Positions 46,812-57,697 of a stretch of DNA of 64,000 nt are shown here, one piece after another. Origin of the DNA: an uncultured Maribacter sp. (GTDB lineage: Bacteria; Bacteroidota; Bacteroidia; Flavobacteriales; Flavobacteriaceae); NCBI GenBank assembly GCA_947493885.1, contig CANLTE010000013.1, positions 1,772 to 65,771 on the forward strand, given 5' to 3'. Numbering within the stretch: position 1 is the first letter of the stretch; every line of letters begins with the position of its first letter. Made by a program: the position numbers and the translations under genes. The notes under the pieces were generated by a model. That model saw nothing but the letters and a program-made list of their open reading frames with translations, made no database searches and was not told where the DNA came from.

Positions 46812-49004
46812 TTAATGTGCAACTTCGCTCATAAATTTAAGACGATATAATCGTAATTCCTCATCTTCATAATCACCATCAAATTCTTCCATTGCAGCTT
46901 CAATACTATCGGTATCTGCTTCTAAGAAATAATCATGTAACTCTTCCTGTTGGTCTTCATCCAAAACTTCATCTATCCAGTAACCAATATTTAGCTTTGT
47001 ACCACTAAATACAATTTGCTCCATAGCTTTTATAAGTTCTGGTGTCTCCAAACCTTTAGCCGAAGCAATATCACTTAAAGCTAATTTTCTATCCACATTT
47101 TGAATAATATACAACTTAAGACCTGAGTTTGCCCCAGTACTTTTCACAACCAAATCATCTGGCCTTAAAATATCGTTTTCTTCAACATACGCGGTAATAA
47201 ACTCTATAAATGGTTTTCCATATTTTTTTGCTTTACCCTCACCTACTCCATGAATATTAAGCATCTCTTCCATTGTTATAGGATACTTTAAAGCCATATC
47301 CTCTAACGATGGATCTTGAAAAACTACAAACGGGGGTACTTCCAATTTATCCGCCTGTTTTTTCCTTAAATCTTTAAGTTGTTTTAAAAGTTTTCCATCG
47401 GATGCTCTTCCTGCTTTGGCTGCTCCTACAATGGCATCACTATGTGCTTTGCTATATTCATGATCCTTAGTCATCATAAAAGATATAGGATTTTTTAAAT
47501 AAGCTTCTCCTTTTTTCGTCAACTTTAAAATTCCATATTGCTCAATTTCTTTTTTAAGATATCCAGCAACAAGTGATTGCCTAATTAACGCCATCCAATG
47601 TCCCTCTTTTTGATCGGAGCCTATACCAAAAAATGGCTTTTCATTGGTTTTATGAGAAGTGATAAGCGCATTTGTTGTACCTGTTAGGGCTTTTACAATT
47701 TCTTTTGATTTAAACTTTTCCACGGTGCCTTTCACCACGGTAATTAACTTTACCAAATCGTCTTTGGCTTCCTGTTTTGGTTTTGGGTTACGAGTATTAT
47801 CATCCATATTAGCCCCTGCGCCATTAACCTCATCAAAACTCTCACCAAAATAATGAAGCATAAATTTTCTTCGCGACATTGACGTTTCCGCATAGGCCAC
47901 CACTTCTTGAAGTAACGCGTTACCTATTTCCTGTTCTGCAACCGGCTTTCCAGACATGAACTTTTCCAGTTTTTCAATGTCTTTGTATGAATAAAAAGCA
48001 AGACAATGACCTTCGCCACCATCTCTTCCTGCTCTTCCTGTTTCTTGGTAATAACTTTCAATACTCTTAGGAATATCGTAATGTATCACAAAACGAACAT
48101 CTGGCTTATCTATTCCCATACCAAATGCAATAGTAGCTACAACAACATCAACATCTTCCATCAAGAACATATCTTGATATTTTGCTCTTGTTTTAGCATC
48201 AAAACCTGCGTGATATGGCACAGCACTAATTCCGTTTACCTGTAAAACTTGAGCAAGTTCTTCAACCTTTTTTCTACTCAAGCAATAAATAACACCTGAT
48301 TTATTTTGGTTTTGCTTTATGAAACGAATAATATCAGCATCAACATTTGCTGTTTTTGTCCGTACTTCATAAAATAAATTTGGCCTATTAAATGATGCTT
48401 TAAACACTTTAGCACCAGTTATACCCAAATTTTTAATAATATCTTCTTGAACTTTTGGAGTCGCGGTAGCAGTAAGACCAATCATTGGAATATTATCCCC
48501 TAACCGTTCAACAATAGTTTTAAGATTACGGTATTCTGGTCTAAAATCGTGCCCCCACTCCGAAATACAGTGCGCTTCATCTACGGCAACAAAAGATAAT
48601 TTAACCGATTTTAAAAAATCTACATATTCGTCCTTCGTCAGGGATTCAGGAGCAACGTATAGTAATTTTGTTACTCCATTTACAATATCTTCTTTTACCT
48701 GTTTTACTTCCGTTTTATTCAACGACGAATTTAAAACATGTGCAATACCATACTCTGAAGAGACTCCTCTAATAGCATCAACTTGATTCTTCATTAAGGC
48801 TATTAATGGAGAAACAATTATTGCTGTTCCTTCTTGCATTAGAGCTGGTAATTGGTAACAGAGCGACTTTCCGCCACCTGTTGGCATAATAACAAAACTG
48901 TTATTTCCCTTTAAAATGTTTGTAATTACCTCTTCTTGAAGACCTTTAAATTGGGAAAACCCAAAATACTTTTTTAAAGACCCGTGCAAATCAATATCAA
49001 TCAA
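46812..49004 (-). CDS. recQ: ATP-dependent DNA helicase RecQ
   Basis: MPTGGGKSLCYQLP, VDEAHCISEWGHDFRPEY, ATIAFGMGIDKPDVR, YYQETGRAGRDG; HRDC domain. Confidence 0.96.
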   Translation of the reverse strand: MIDIDLHGSLKKYFGFSQFKGLQEEVITNILKGNNSFVIMPTGGGKSLCYQLPALMQEGTAIIVSPLIALMKNQVDAIRGVSSEYGIAHVLNSSLNKTEVKQVKEDIVNGVTKLLYVAPESLTKDEYVDFLKSVKLSFVAVDEAHCISEWGHDFRPEYRNLKTIVERLGDNIPMIGLTATATPKVQEDIIKNLGITGAKVFKASFNRPNLFYEVRTKTANVDADIIRFIKQNQNKSGVIYCLSRKKVEELAQVLQVNGISAVPYHAGFDAKTRAKYQDMFLMEDVDVVVATIAFGMGIDKPDVRFVIHYDIPKSIESYYQETGRAGRDGGEGHCLAFYSYKDIEKLEKFMSGKPVAEQEIGNALLQEVVAYAETSMSRRKFMLHYFGESFDEVNGAGANMDDNTRNPKPKQEAKDDLVKLITVVKGTVEKFKSKEIVKALTGTTNALITSHKTNEKPFFGIGSDQKEGHWMALIRQSLVAGYLKKEIEQYGILKLTKKGEAYLKNPISFMMTKDHEYSKAHSDAIVGAAKAGRASDGKLLKQLKDLRKKQADKLEVPPFVVFQDPSLEDMALKYPITMEEMLNIHGVGEGKAKKYGKPFIEFITAYVEENDILRPDDLVVKSTGANSGLKLYIIQNVDRKLALSDIASAKGLETPELIKAMEQIVFSGTKLNIGYWIDEVLDEDQQEELHDYFLEADTDSIEAAMEEFDGDYEDEELRLYRLKFMSEVAH

Positions 49005-49197
49005 ACTTCAATAATATTTAATGTTAATGGTTAAATAGACGTATAAAAATACGCATAAAACCTAACTTTTAGATTTATTAAAACAACAAATCAATTTCTT
49101 AACCTATAAATATCTTATAAAATTAAGATTACGTAATTTTGTCAACTTAAATATAATACATTCTTTTAGGTTTTCAACCTATAATTCAAATAATACA

Positions 49198-50163
49198 TTG
49201 AGCAACACTAAAACAATATTAGCACTAGCAAAAAAAACAATTGAGTTACAAGGTGTGTCCATTAATAACTTAATTTCTTTACTAGATGACAATTTCTGTG
49301 ATGCAGTTAACTGCATTCTAAAATCAGAAGGGAGAGTTGTAGTTACAGGAATTGGAAAAAGTGCAATAATAGCCACCAAAATTGTAGCCACTCTTAATTC
49401 TACTGGTACTCCAGCGATTTTTATGCATGCAGCGGATGCTATTCATGGAGATTTAGGAACCATCCAAAAAAACGATGTTGTCATATGTCTATCTAAAAGT
49501 GGAAATACGCCAGAAATTAAAATGTTAGTTCCTCTTATTAAAAGAGGCAAAAACAACCTAATTGGTATTACCGGAAATCCTGATTCTTTTTTAGGAAAAC
49601 AAGCCACTTTTGTGCTTAATACTTTTGTAAACAAAGAGGCGTGCCCTAACAATTTAGCCCCAACAACAAGTACAACCGCACAATTGGTAATGGGAGATGC
49701 TCTTGCAGTATGTCTTTTAGAACTTAGAGGTTTTAGTAGTGCAGACTTTGCTAAATATCACCCTGGCGGAGCTTTGGGTAAAAGATTATATTTAAGAGTT
49801 TCCAATATTGTTGAAAACAATGAAAAACCTCAAGTTGATGAAGATTCAGATATTAGAGAGGTTATTGTAGAAATTTCTGAAAAAATGCTTGGTGTTACCG
49901 CAGTTATTAAAGAAAATAAAATTGTAGGTATTGTTACTGATGGTGATATTCGAAGAATGCTTAACAAGTATGATAATATTAATGGCTTAACCGCAAAAGA
50001 TATTATGACCAAAAATCCGCAGACCATTGAAAATAGTGTTTTAGCTATCAAAGCTTTGGAAGCTATGCAAACTAATGGTATCTCACAATTACTAGCCGTA
50101 GAAGAAAACAAATATGTTGGGGTTGTACATTTACACAACCTAATTAATGAAGGAATACTATAA
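49198..50163 (+). CDS. kdsD: Arabinose-5-phosphate isomerase (KpsF/GutQ, SIS + CBS)
   Basis: TGIGKSA, HGDLG, SKSGNT, EACPNNLAPTTS, HPGGALG, two CBS domains; TTG start. Confidence 0.92.
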   Translation: MSNTKTILALAKKTIELQGVSINNLISLLDDNFCDAVNCILKSEGRVVVTGIGKSAIIATKIVATLNSTGTPAIFMHAADAIHGDLGTIQKNDVVICLSKSGNTPEIKMLVPLIKRGKNNLIGITGNPDSFLGKQATFVLNTFVNKEACPNNLAPTTSTTAQLVMGDALAVCLLELRGFSSADFAKYHPGGALGKRLYLRVSNIVENNEKPQVDEDSDIREVIVEISEKMLGVTAVIKENKIVGIVTDGDIRRMLNKYDNINGLTAKDIMTKNPQTIENSVLAIKALEAMQTNGISQLLAVEENKYVGVVHLHNLINEGIL

Positions 50164-50996
50164 TGGGCAAAAAAAATACTGTTGAGCCAAATGAAATGTC
50201 TTTTTTAGACCATTTAGAAGAATTGCGTTGGCACCTAATACGAGCAACTTTAGCGGTAGTTATTATAGGAAGTGTTGCTTTTTGTGTTCCTGATTTTATT
50301 TTTGACACTGTTATTTTTGGTCCTAAAAAACCAGATTTTCCAACTTACGATATTTTCTGCAAGCTTTCTAAAATGTTAGGTTTTAGCGAAGCTTTTTGTA
50401 GTGATGAACCCATGTTTAGAATACAGAGTAGAGTAATGGCAGGACAATTTTCGGCTCACATCTGGACCTCTATTTGGGCTGGCTTTATCATTGGTTTCCC
50501 TTTCATATTATATGAAATGTGGAAATTTATAAGTCCAGGTCTTTATGAAAAGGAACGCAGAAATTCTAAAGGCTTCATTTTTATTGCTTCAATTCTGTTT
50601 TTTTTAGGAGTGTTGTTTGGCTACTATATAGTTACACCGCTTTCCCTTAATTTCTTAGGTAGATATTCTGTAAGTGCAGAGGTTTTTAATGATATTGATT
50701 TGGCTTCGTATATCTCCACCGTTAGAGCTTCTGTTATTGCTTGTGGGCTTATTTTTGAGTTACCTATTATTATTTTCTTTTTAACCAAAATTGGTTTAGT
50801 TACACCGGAAATTTTAAAAAAATATCGAAAAATATCACTCGTGATAGTATTAATTCTTTCTGCAGTTATTACGCCACCAGATGTGGCAAGTCAGATTGTT
50901 GTTGCTGTACCAATTTTAATCCTTTATCAAGTAAGTATTTACATTTCGGGCTATGTACTGCGTAAAGAAGCTAAAAAATTGAAAAAGAATGCCTAA
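50163..50996 (+). CDS. tatC: Twin-arginine translocase subunit TatC
   Basis: EMSFLDHLEELR, YEMWKFISPGLY, FELP, ITPPD. Confidence 0.95.
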   Translation: MGKKNTVEPNEMSFLDHLEELRWHLIRATLAVVIIGSVAFCVPDFIFDTVIFGPKKPDFPTYDIFCKLSKMLGFSEAFCSDEPMFRIQSRVMAGQFSAHIWTSIWAGFIIGFPFILYEMWKFISPGLYEKERRNSKGFIFIASILFFLGVLFGYYIVTPLSLNFLGRYSVSAEVFNDIDLASYISTVRASVIACGLIFELPIIIFFLTKIGLVTPEILKKYRKISLVIVLILSAVITPPDVASQIVVAVPILILYQVSIYISGYVLRKEAKKLKKNA

Positions 50997-51339
50997 TCAA
51001 ATTGAAGAATTTAATGCCTATCGTTCTAAAATGAACGATAAATTATTATCCGATAACAACAAAATTATTAAGCGCATATTTAATTTAGACACTAATGCTT
51101 ATGCTAAAGGTGCTTTAGATGTAAAAACTAAAGAACTATTAGGTCTTGTTGCTTCGGCAGTTTTGCGATGCGATGATTGTGTAAAATATCACCTAGAAAG
51201 TTCTTATAACGAAGGCGCTTCAAAAGAAGAAGTTATGGAAACCCTGAGTATTGCCACCTTAGTAGGAGGTACAATTGTGGTTCCGCATTTACGAAGAGCG
51301 TACGAGTATTGGGAGGCGTTAGAACAGCAAGAAGGTTAA
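50989..51339 (+). CDS. Carboxymuconolactone decarboxylase / AhpD-like protein
   Basis: LDVKTKELLGLVASAVLRCDDCVKYH (CxxC). Confidence 0.88.
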   Translation: MPNQIEEFNAYRSKMNDKLLSDNNKIIKRIFNLDTNAYAKGALDVKTKELLGLVASAVLRCDDCVKYHLESSYNEGASKEEVMETLSIATLVGGTIVVPHLRRAYEYWEALEQQEG

Positions 51340-51390
51340 AATTAATATAATTACTTTCGTTAAAAACCAATTAGGTTTAGATTTGAAAAC

Positions 51391-52131
51391 ATGAAGCTAA
51401 GAGCAGATAATATAATGAAGGCCTATAGAGGGCGAAAAGTAGTAAGAGGCATTTCTTTAGAAGTTAATCAAGGAGAAATTGTTGGATTATTAGGCCCAAA
51501 TGGTGCAGGAAAAACTACGTCATTTTATATGATTGTGGGCTTGGTTAAACCCAATGGAGGGCATATCTACTTAGATGATATGGAAATCACCAATTTTCCG
51601 ATGTACAAAAGAGCGCAAAATGGCATTGGATATTTAGCGCAAGAAGCTTCGGTTTTTAGGAAACTTACAATCGAAAAAAACATTTTAAGTGTTCTTCAGC
51701 TTACAAAGTTGAGTAAAAAAGAACAGCTCATGAAAATGGAATCCCTAATAGAAGAGTTTGGACTAGGCCATATTCGTAAAAACCGAGGAGATTTACTTTC
51801 TGGAGGAGAGCGTAGACGTACTGAAATTGCTCGCGCTTTGGCAACTGACCCTAAATTTATTCTTCTTGATGAACCTTTTGCTGGTGTAGACCCTGTAGCA
51901 GTTGAAGACATTCAGCGTATTGTTGCTCAACTAAAAGATAAAAATATTGGGATTTTGATTACCGATCACAACGTGCAAGAAACACTTGCTATTACTGAAC
52001 GTTCATATTTAATGTTTGAAGGAGGTATTCTAAAATCTGGTATTCCAGAAGATTTAGCAGCTGATGAAATGGTACGTAAAGTATATTTAGGTCAAAACTT
52101 TGAGCTCCGTAAAAAAAAGTTGGATTTTTAA
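51391..52131 (+). CDS. lptB: LPS export ABC transporter ATPase
   Basis: [48 protein letters not shown]. Confidence 0.96.
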   Translation: MKLRADNIMKAYRGRKVVRGISLEVNQGEIVGLLGPNGAGKTTSFYMIVGLVKPNGGHIYLDDMEITNFPMYKRAQNGIGYLAQEASVFRKLTIEKNILSVLQLTKLSKKEQLMKMESLIEEFGLGHIRKNRGDLLSGGERRRTEIARALATDPKFILLDEPFAGVDPVAVEDIQRIVAQLKDKNIGILITDHNVQETLAITERSYLMFEGGILKSGIPEDLAADEMVRKVYLGQNFELRKKKLDF

Positions 52132-52138
52132 ACACTCA

Positions 52139-53125
52139 TTAAGAATTTAGTCCAGAATTTTTATAACCAATCTTCCATTTTTGCCTCCAGGTATTTTGTT
52201 CTTTATCCGTCAGGAAGGACCAAGCTAGAATTCTACTTTTTTTGTTTCCTTGTCCCATTGGTATTACCTTAACGGTAAAAGCATCTACTTTCTGTAAGAC
52301 TTTTTTCATTTTCCGAACATTAGATTCCTTAGAAACTAATGTAGAAAACCATAAGCATTGTTTTGAGTAATTTCTGCTTTGATAAATCATGTTTTTCATG
52401 AACCGTTCCTCTCCTCCTTCGCACCATAACTCATTACTTTGACCTCCAAAATTTAACCTTGGGATTGCAGATTTCTCACCCTTTAAGTTTTTTAACTTAC
52501 GTCTTGAACCCTTTTGAGCATCAGCGAGGGATTCATGAAAAGGGGGATTACAAATAGATACATCTATTTTTTCTCCCACATTGATTATATTTTTAAAAAA
52601 ATCTCTTGAATTGGTCTGATGCTTAATGCTTATATTATTTATCAAAAAGGTGTTTCTGTCAACAATTTTCATAGCTGAAGTTACTGCTTTTTCATCAATA
52701 TCAGCGCCAATAAAAGTCCATCCATATTCCGAAATACCAATAATTGGGTAAACGCAGTTAGCACCAACCCCAATATCCAAACATTTTACATTTTCAGGGA
52801 TTTCACCTTCTACGCTACCACATATCAAATCCGCAATGTTATGAATATAATCAGCGCGTCCAGGAATTGGCGGACACAAATAACCATTTGGAATATCCCA
52901 ATAATCTATATTATAGTGCAACCTTAATAACCCTTTATTAAGCGCTTTTACAGCTTTTGGGTTAAAAAAATCTATAGATTCATCTCCAAAATCATTTAGT
53001 TTAACAAAACTCTTTAAATCAGGATTAACCCCAATTAACTCTTTAAAATTATATCTTAATCGGTGCTTATTTCTAGGGTGTAACGATGGTTTTTCCTCCG
53101 GGTGTTTTCTTTTATTAGTCAGCAT
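52139..53125 (-). CDS. rlmF: 23S rRNA m6A1618 methyltransferase
   Basis: LHPRNKH, LCPPIPGRADY, LDIGVGANCVYP, CNPPF, ELWCEGGE. Confidence 0.93.
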   Translation of the reverse strand: MLTNKRKHPEEKPSLHPRNKHRLRYNFKELIGVNPDLKSFVKLNDFGDESIDFFNPKAVKALNKGLLRLHYNIDYWDIPNGYLCPPIPGRADYIHNIADLICGSVEGEIPENVKCLDIGVGANCVYPIIGISEYGWTFIGADIDEKAVTSAMKIVDRNTFLINNISIKHQTNSRDFFKNIINVGEKIDVSICNPPFHESLADAQKGSRRKLKNLKGEKSAIPRLNFGGQSNELWCEGGEERFMKNMIYQSRNYSKQCLWFSTLVSKESNVRKMKKVLQKVDAFTVKVIPMGQGNKKSRILAWSFLTDKEQNTWRQKWKIGYKNSGLNS

Positions 53126-53133
53126 ATAAATAA

Positions 53134-53877
53134 CTATTGCTTACTCAATAAAGAGCTAATAATATAAAACACAATAATCACAGGAATAGCGACAAATTTC
53201 ATAGTTATGACCAGTACCAAACTCACTATTAAAAATATGTATCGTACAGCATTATCTTTAAACCCCCAGTTTTTAAATTTTAATGCAAACAATTTTATTT
53301 TAGCATTTAACACAAAAGCACTTAATAAGGTAACCGATATTAAAAACCATTGATTTAAAATTATTGCGTTTAAAAAATCGTTATTATGGTAGAGTAATAT
53401 TAAGGGTAACGATAAAATTAAAAGTGTATTTGCAGGTGTCGGTAAACCTGTAAATGAAGATTGTTGTTCAGCATCAATATTAAATTTTGCCAACCTATAA
53501 CCAGAAGCCAGCGTAATTAAAAAACCTAAAAAAGGCAATGGAGCTATCTTTAATCCTACCCAAAAAGTATCGTCAGCAGCTTCAGAAGACAAATCTACGT
53601 TCCATCCGCCGGACATAGACATTGCCAATAATTGAAACATTACAATACCTGGAACCAATCCACTAGTTATCATGTCAGCAAGCGAATCTAACTGTAACCC
53701 TAAAGGACTCTGTACTTTTAATAACCGGGCAGCAAAACCATCAAAAAAATCGAATAAAACTCCTAAAAAAACAAAAAAAGCAGCAAATTCTAATTGATTA
53801 AGAACTGCGAAAATTACAGCTACACAACCGCAAAATAAATTCATTAAGGTTATAAGATTCGGAATATGTTTTTTCAT
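53134..53877 (-). CDS. pssA: CDP-alcohol phosphatidyltransferase (phosphatidylserine synthase-like)
   Basis: PNLITLMN, DFFDGFAAR...GLQLDSLAD, RLAKFN, GLPTPA. Confidence 0.85.
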   Translation of the reverse strand: MKKHIPNLITLMNLFCGCVAVIFAVLNQLEFAAFFVFLGVLFDFFDGFAARLLKVQSPLGLQLDSLADMITSGLVPGIVMFQLLAMSMSGGWNVDLSSEAADDTFWVGLKIAPLPFLGFLITLASGYRLAKFNIDAEQQSSFTGLPTPANTLLILSLPLILLYHNNDFLNAIILNQWFLISVTLLSAFVLNAKIKLFALKFKNWGFKDNAVRYIFLIVSLVLVITMKFVAIPVIIVFYIISSLLSKQ

Positions 53878-54006
53878 GACAAGTACTTTGCGTAAAAGTA
53901 AGACAAATTTTAAATTTAACTTTCCGGAATACTTATAGTCTATCTATTTTTCATCAAATTACTTTAACAAGAAGTAAACATCTTAAAACGCAAATACATT
54001 TTTTTT

Positions 54007-55227
54007 ATGCTGATATTTGTAAAACTATATAAGTCGTACATGATGAGTTTTAAAAATTTATTTTTAGTTGTTTCATTCTTTATAGGTACTATTTTATACG
54101 GACAAAAAAAAATAGAACTCTCCCCTGACTCAAAAATTAGTATTCTAACTATTGGTACAGCCGATGAACTACATTCCAAATTTGGTCATACTGCAATACG
54201 CATTCTTGATAACGAATTAGGCTTCGATGTTGTATACAATTACGGTCATTTTGATTTTAACACACCTGGGTTTTATACCAAATTCACACGTGGAAAGCTA
54301 CTGTACTCTTTAGCAATGCACAGGTATAGTAACTTTGTTCAAGGATATAGAATAGAAAGGCGTTGGGTAAAAGAGCAAGTTTTAAACCTATCACAAACCG
54401 AGAAACAACAACTGCTTAATTTTTTAATTCAAAATCACTTACCCGAAAATAAGGATTATAAATACGATTTTTTATTTGAGAATTGTGCTACCAAAATACC
54501 CGAAATTCTACAAGAGGTTTTAGGAGATAAACTAACTTACAACTACAAGCATATTAAAGAACCATATACTTTTAGAGAACTTATTCATCAGAATTTAGAA
54601 CTAAACTCCTGGTCTACCTTTGGAATAGACCTAGCACTTGGCTCAGTAATAGATAGCGATGCGACCCATTGGGAACATCAATTTTTACCAATATATGTAT
54701 ATTATCAATTACAAAACACCTCTAAAAATGGAAAGCCTTTAGTTATCGATGAAAACCAGCCCGTTTTGGTATCGGAAGAATCTAAAAGCAGTAATTTTAT
54801 AACAACGCCCTTGTTTTGGCAAATACTATTGCTTAGTGTTGTTTTATGGGTTACTTACAAAGATTATACTGCCAAAAAACAAAGTAAATGGTTAGATTTT
54901 GGACTATTCTTTGTAAGCGGTTTAGCAGGGCTGTTAATTTTCTTCTTGTGGTTTTTAACAGATCATACTGCTACCGCTGGTAATTTAAATTTGCTTTGGG
55001 CTATTCCTTTAAACGCGTTAGCTGCATTTTATGTAGTTAAAAATCAACACCCTAATTGGATTAAAAAATATCTTTATATAGCTTTAGGGCTCATTGTTGT
55101 TATGTTAATTGTAGCGCTTTTAAAAATTCAAATATTCTCTCCTTTGATTATCTTTGTGGTTCTTGCTTTAGGCATTAGATATGTTTTTCTATTGCGTTTA
55201 CCTGTGCTTGTAAAGTATAAGCAGTAA
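54007..55227 (+). CDS. DUF4105 / Lnb-type lipoprotein N-acyltransferase
   Basis: FGHTAIRI, YNYGHFDF, YKYDFLFENCAT; C-terminal TMs (FFLWFLTDH). The start may be 54040. Confidence 0.78.
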   Translation: MLIFVKLYKSYMMSFKNLFLVVSFFIGTILYGQKKIELSPDSKISILTIGTADELHSKFGHTAIRILDNELGFDVVYNYGHFDFNTPGFYTKFTRGKLLYSLAMHRYSNFVQGYRIERRWVKEQVLNLSQTEKQQLLNFLIQNHLPENKDYKYDFLFENCATKIPEILQEVLGDKLTYNYKHIKEPYTFRELIHQNLELNSWSTFGIDLALGSVIDSDATHWEHQFLPIYVYYQLQNTSKNGKPLVIDENQPVLVSEESKSSNFITTPLFWQILLLSVVLWVTYKDYTAKKQSKWLDFGLFFVSGLAGLLIFFLWFLTDHTATAGNLNLLWAIPLNALAAFYVVKNQHPNWIKKYLYIALGLIVVMLIVALLKIQIFSPLIIFVVLALGIRYVFLLRLPVLVKYKQ

Positions 55228-55255
55228 TTTTTATTATCAAAAAAACCTTTTCAGT

Positions 55256-57130
55256 TTGAATTTACTTACCGTAGAAAATATCAGCAAGTCGTATGGCGAA
55301 TTAGTGCTTTTTAATGACCTTTCATTTGGAATTAATAAAGACCAAAAAATTGCCTTAATTGCTAAAAACGGAAGCGGAAAAACTTCTATTTTAAACATTC
55401 TGTCAGGCGCTGACACTCCAGATACAGGTAAAGTTAATTACAGAAAAAGTATTCGGGTTTCTTTTTTAGAACAAGAGCCCAAACTTAATGCTGATTTAAC
55501 TATTGAAGAAACTATTTTTACCTCGGATAATGAGGTTTTAAAAGTGCTTAAGAATTACGAAAAAGCGCTAAAAAACCCTGAAGACGAAGAAGCATACCAA
55601 AAAGCTTTTGAAGCCATGGACCGTTTCAACGCCTGGGATTTTGAGACACAATACAAGCAAATACTTTATAAACTAAAATTAGATGATGTAAGTGTAAAAG
55701 TTGGCTTGCTTTCTGGTGGACAAAAAAAGAGACTCACACTAGCAAATGCACTAATTAACAAACCTGATTTATTAGTGCTGGATGAGCCAACCAACCATTT
55801 AGATTTAGAAATGATTGAATGGTTAGAAAAGTTTTTTGCTAAAGAAAACATGACCCTTTTTATGGTCACACACGATCGTTACTTTTTGGAGCGTGTTTGT
55901 AACGAAATTATAGAGCTAGATAATGGAAACTTATATTCTTATAAAGGTAATTACTCGTATTACTTAGAAAAAAAGGAAGCCCGAAAAGAGCAAGAAGCTG
56001 TTGAAAATCATAAAACAAAACTTTTATTCAAAAAAGAATTGGACTGGATGCGCAGACAACCCAAAGCGCGTACAACAAAATCTAAATCTAGAATTGACGA
56101 TTTTTTTGAAATAAAAGAAAAAGCACATAAACGAAGACAAGAACATGAAGTTCAGCTAGAAATTAATATGACCCGCATGGGAAATAAAATTCTAGAACTA
56201 CATAAACTTTCAAAATCTTTTCCTGACAAACCCATTTTAAATCAGTTTGATTATAACTTCACTAAAGGAGAACGCATAGGGATTATAGGAAAAAATGGTA
56301 CTGGAAAATCTACCTTTTTAAATATTCTAACAGGCAAAATAAAAGCGGATAACGGAAAAGTTGTTATTGGTGATACTATTAAATTTGGGTACTACACGCA
56401 AAAAGGAATAGAAATTAAGCAAGGTCAGAAGGTAATTGATGTTATTCGCGATTTTGGTGATTATATTCCATTAACAAAAGGCAGACAAATCTCCGCTCAG
56501 CAATTACTAGAACGCTTTTTGTTTGACCGTAAAAAACAATATGATTTTGTTGAAAAATTAAGCGGAGGAGAACGTAAAAGGCTGTATTTATGTACCGTTT
56601 TAATTCAAAACCCCAATTTTTTAATTTTAGATGAGCCTACCAATGACCTAGACATTGTTACCCTAAATGTTTTAGAAAGTTTTTTATTAGATTTTCCCGG
56701 ATGTTTAATCGTTGTTTCGCACGACCGTTATTTTATGGATAAAATTGTTGATCACCTTTTTGTCTTTAGAGGAAATGCGGAGATTGAAATTTTTCCAGGT
56801 AACTACTCCGATTACCGCTCGTATGAAGACAGTCAGATTATTGAAAAAAGAGAACAAAAAGAACAGGCCGCCACTACTACAAAAAACACATGGAAAACCA
56901 ATAACACTGGAGGCAAACTCTCTCATGAAGAGCAAAAAGAATATAAAAAACTAGAGCGCGAAATTCAAAAATTAGAAGAGCAAAAAGAAGAAATTCAAAA
57001 ACAATTTTTAGACGCTTCGCTCTCAGTAGAACAAATTAAAGAGCTCTCTATTCTCTTAGAAGATGTTAATACTAATATTGACACCAAAACGGAGCGATGG
57101 TTTGAACTTTCCGCATTACTTGAAGCCTAG
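55256..57130 (+). CDS. ABC-F family ATPase (Uup-like)
   Basis: Two NBDs (AKNGSGKT / GKNGTGKST, LSGGQ / LSGGE, LDEPTN), PtIM linker, coiled-coil C-terminus; TTG start. Confidence 0.93.
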   Translation: MNLLTVENISKSYGELVLFNDLSFGINKDQKIALIAKNGSGKTSILNILSGADTPDTGKVNYRKSIRVSFLEQEPKLNADLTIEETIFTSDNEVLKVLKNYEKALKNPEDEEAYQKAFEAMDRFNAWDFETQYKQILYKLKLDDVSVKVGLLSGGQKKRLTLANALINKPDLLVLDEPTNHLDLEMIEWLEKFFAKENMTLFMVTHDRYFLERVCNEIIELDNGNLYSYKGNYSYYLEKKEARKEQEAVENHKTKLLFKKELDWMRRQPKARTTKSKSRIDDFFEIKEKAHKRRQEHEVQLEINMTRMGNKILELHKLSKSFPDKPILNQFDYNFTKGERIGIIGKNGTGKSTFLNILTGKIKADNGKVVIGDTIKFGYYTQKGIEIKQGQKVIDVIRDFGDYIPLTKGRQISAQQLLERFLFDRKKQYDFVEKLSGGERKRLYLCTVLIQNPNFLILDEPTNDLDIVTLNVLESFLLDFPGCLIVVSHDRYFMDKIVDHLFVFRGNAEIEIFPGNYSDYRSYEDSQIIEKREQKEQAATTTKNTWKTNNTGGKLSHEEQKEYKKLEREIQKLEEQKEEIQKQFLDASLSVEQIKELSILLEDVNTNIDTKTERWFELSALLEA

Positions 57131-57137
57131 CAGAAAA

Positions 57138-57635
57138 ATGATATTCCGTATAATTTCTTATATCAAATTTCTACTTAGGTCTACAAATCATCATGGTGTG
57201 CACTCCCCTTTTATCTATAGCTACATTACTAAGTGCATTTACGGTCAAAAAAAACTTCATAAAGATAAGTTCGCGAACCTTGTTTTAATAAGTTGTGTAT
57301 ATTTCAACCCTTCTCAAGTTAATGTGAATAAATGCCCATCGGCTTTACAGAACAGCATTCAAAAAAAACTTAAAAATCTACACGAAAAAAAATCAAAATA
57401 CAACATAGTATGTTGGCCAAATCCGTCATACAATTTTAAAACTATTGATTTTAATGCCATTCACCCCAGTACTATAATTATCATTAATAATATCCGAGAA
57501 AATACACAACAGCTTAACAGCTGGAATGCAATAAGAAAACAAAAAAACATTACTGTTTCAATTGACTTTTTTTCACAAGGAGTTCTTTTTTTTAGAAAAG
57601 AACAAGAGAAACAACATTTTGTAATTCGCTCTTAA
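57138..57635 (+). CDS. Shortened methyltransferase-like conserved protein
   Basis: STNHHGVHSPFIY at the N-terminus and TVSIDFFSQGVLFFRKEQEKQHFVIR at the C-terminus. No obvious SAM-binding GxG motif. Confidence 0.65.
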   Translation: MIFRIISYIKFLLRSTNHHGVHSPFIYSYITKCIYGQKKLHKDKFANLVLISCVYFNPSQVNVNKCPSALQNSIQKKLKNLHEKKSKYNIVCWPNPSYNFKTIDFNAIHPSTIIIINNIRENTQQLNSWNAIRKQKNITVSIDFFSQGVLFFRKEQEKQHFVIRS

Positions 57636-57697
57636 AAAAGAACCCATACAAATTTTGTATTTTTGAAATTACTTTAACCCTCTTAAATGTACTTCAG

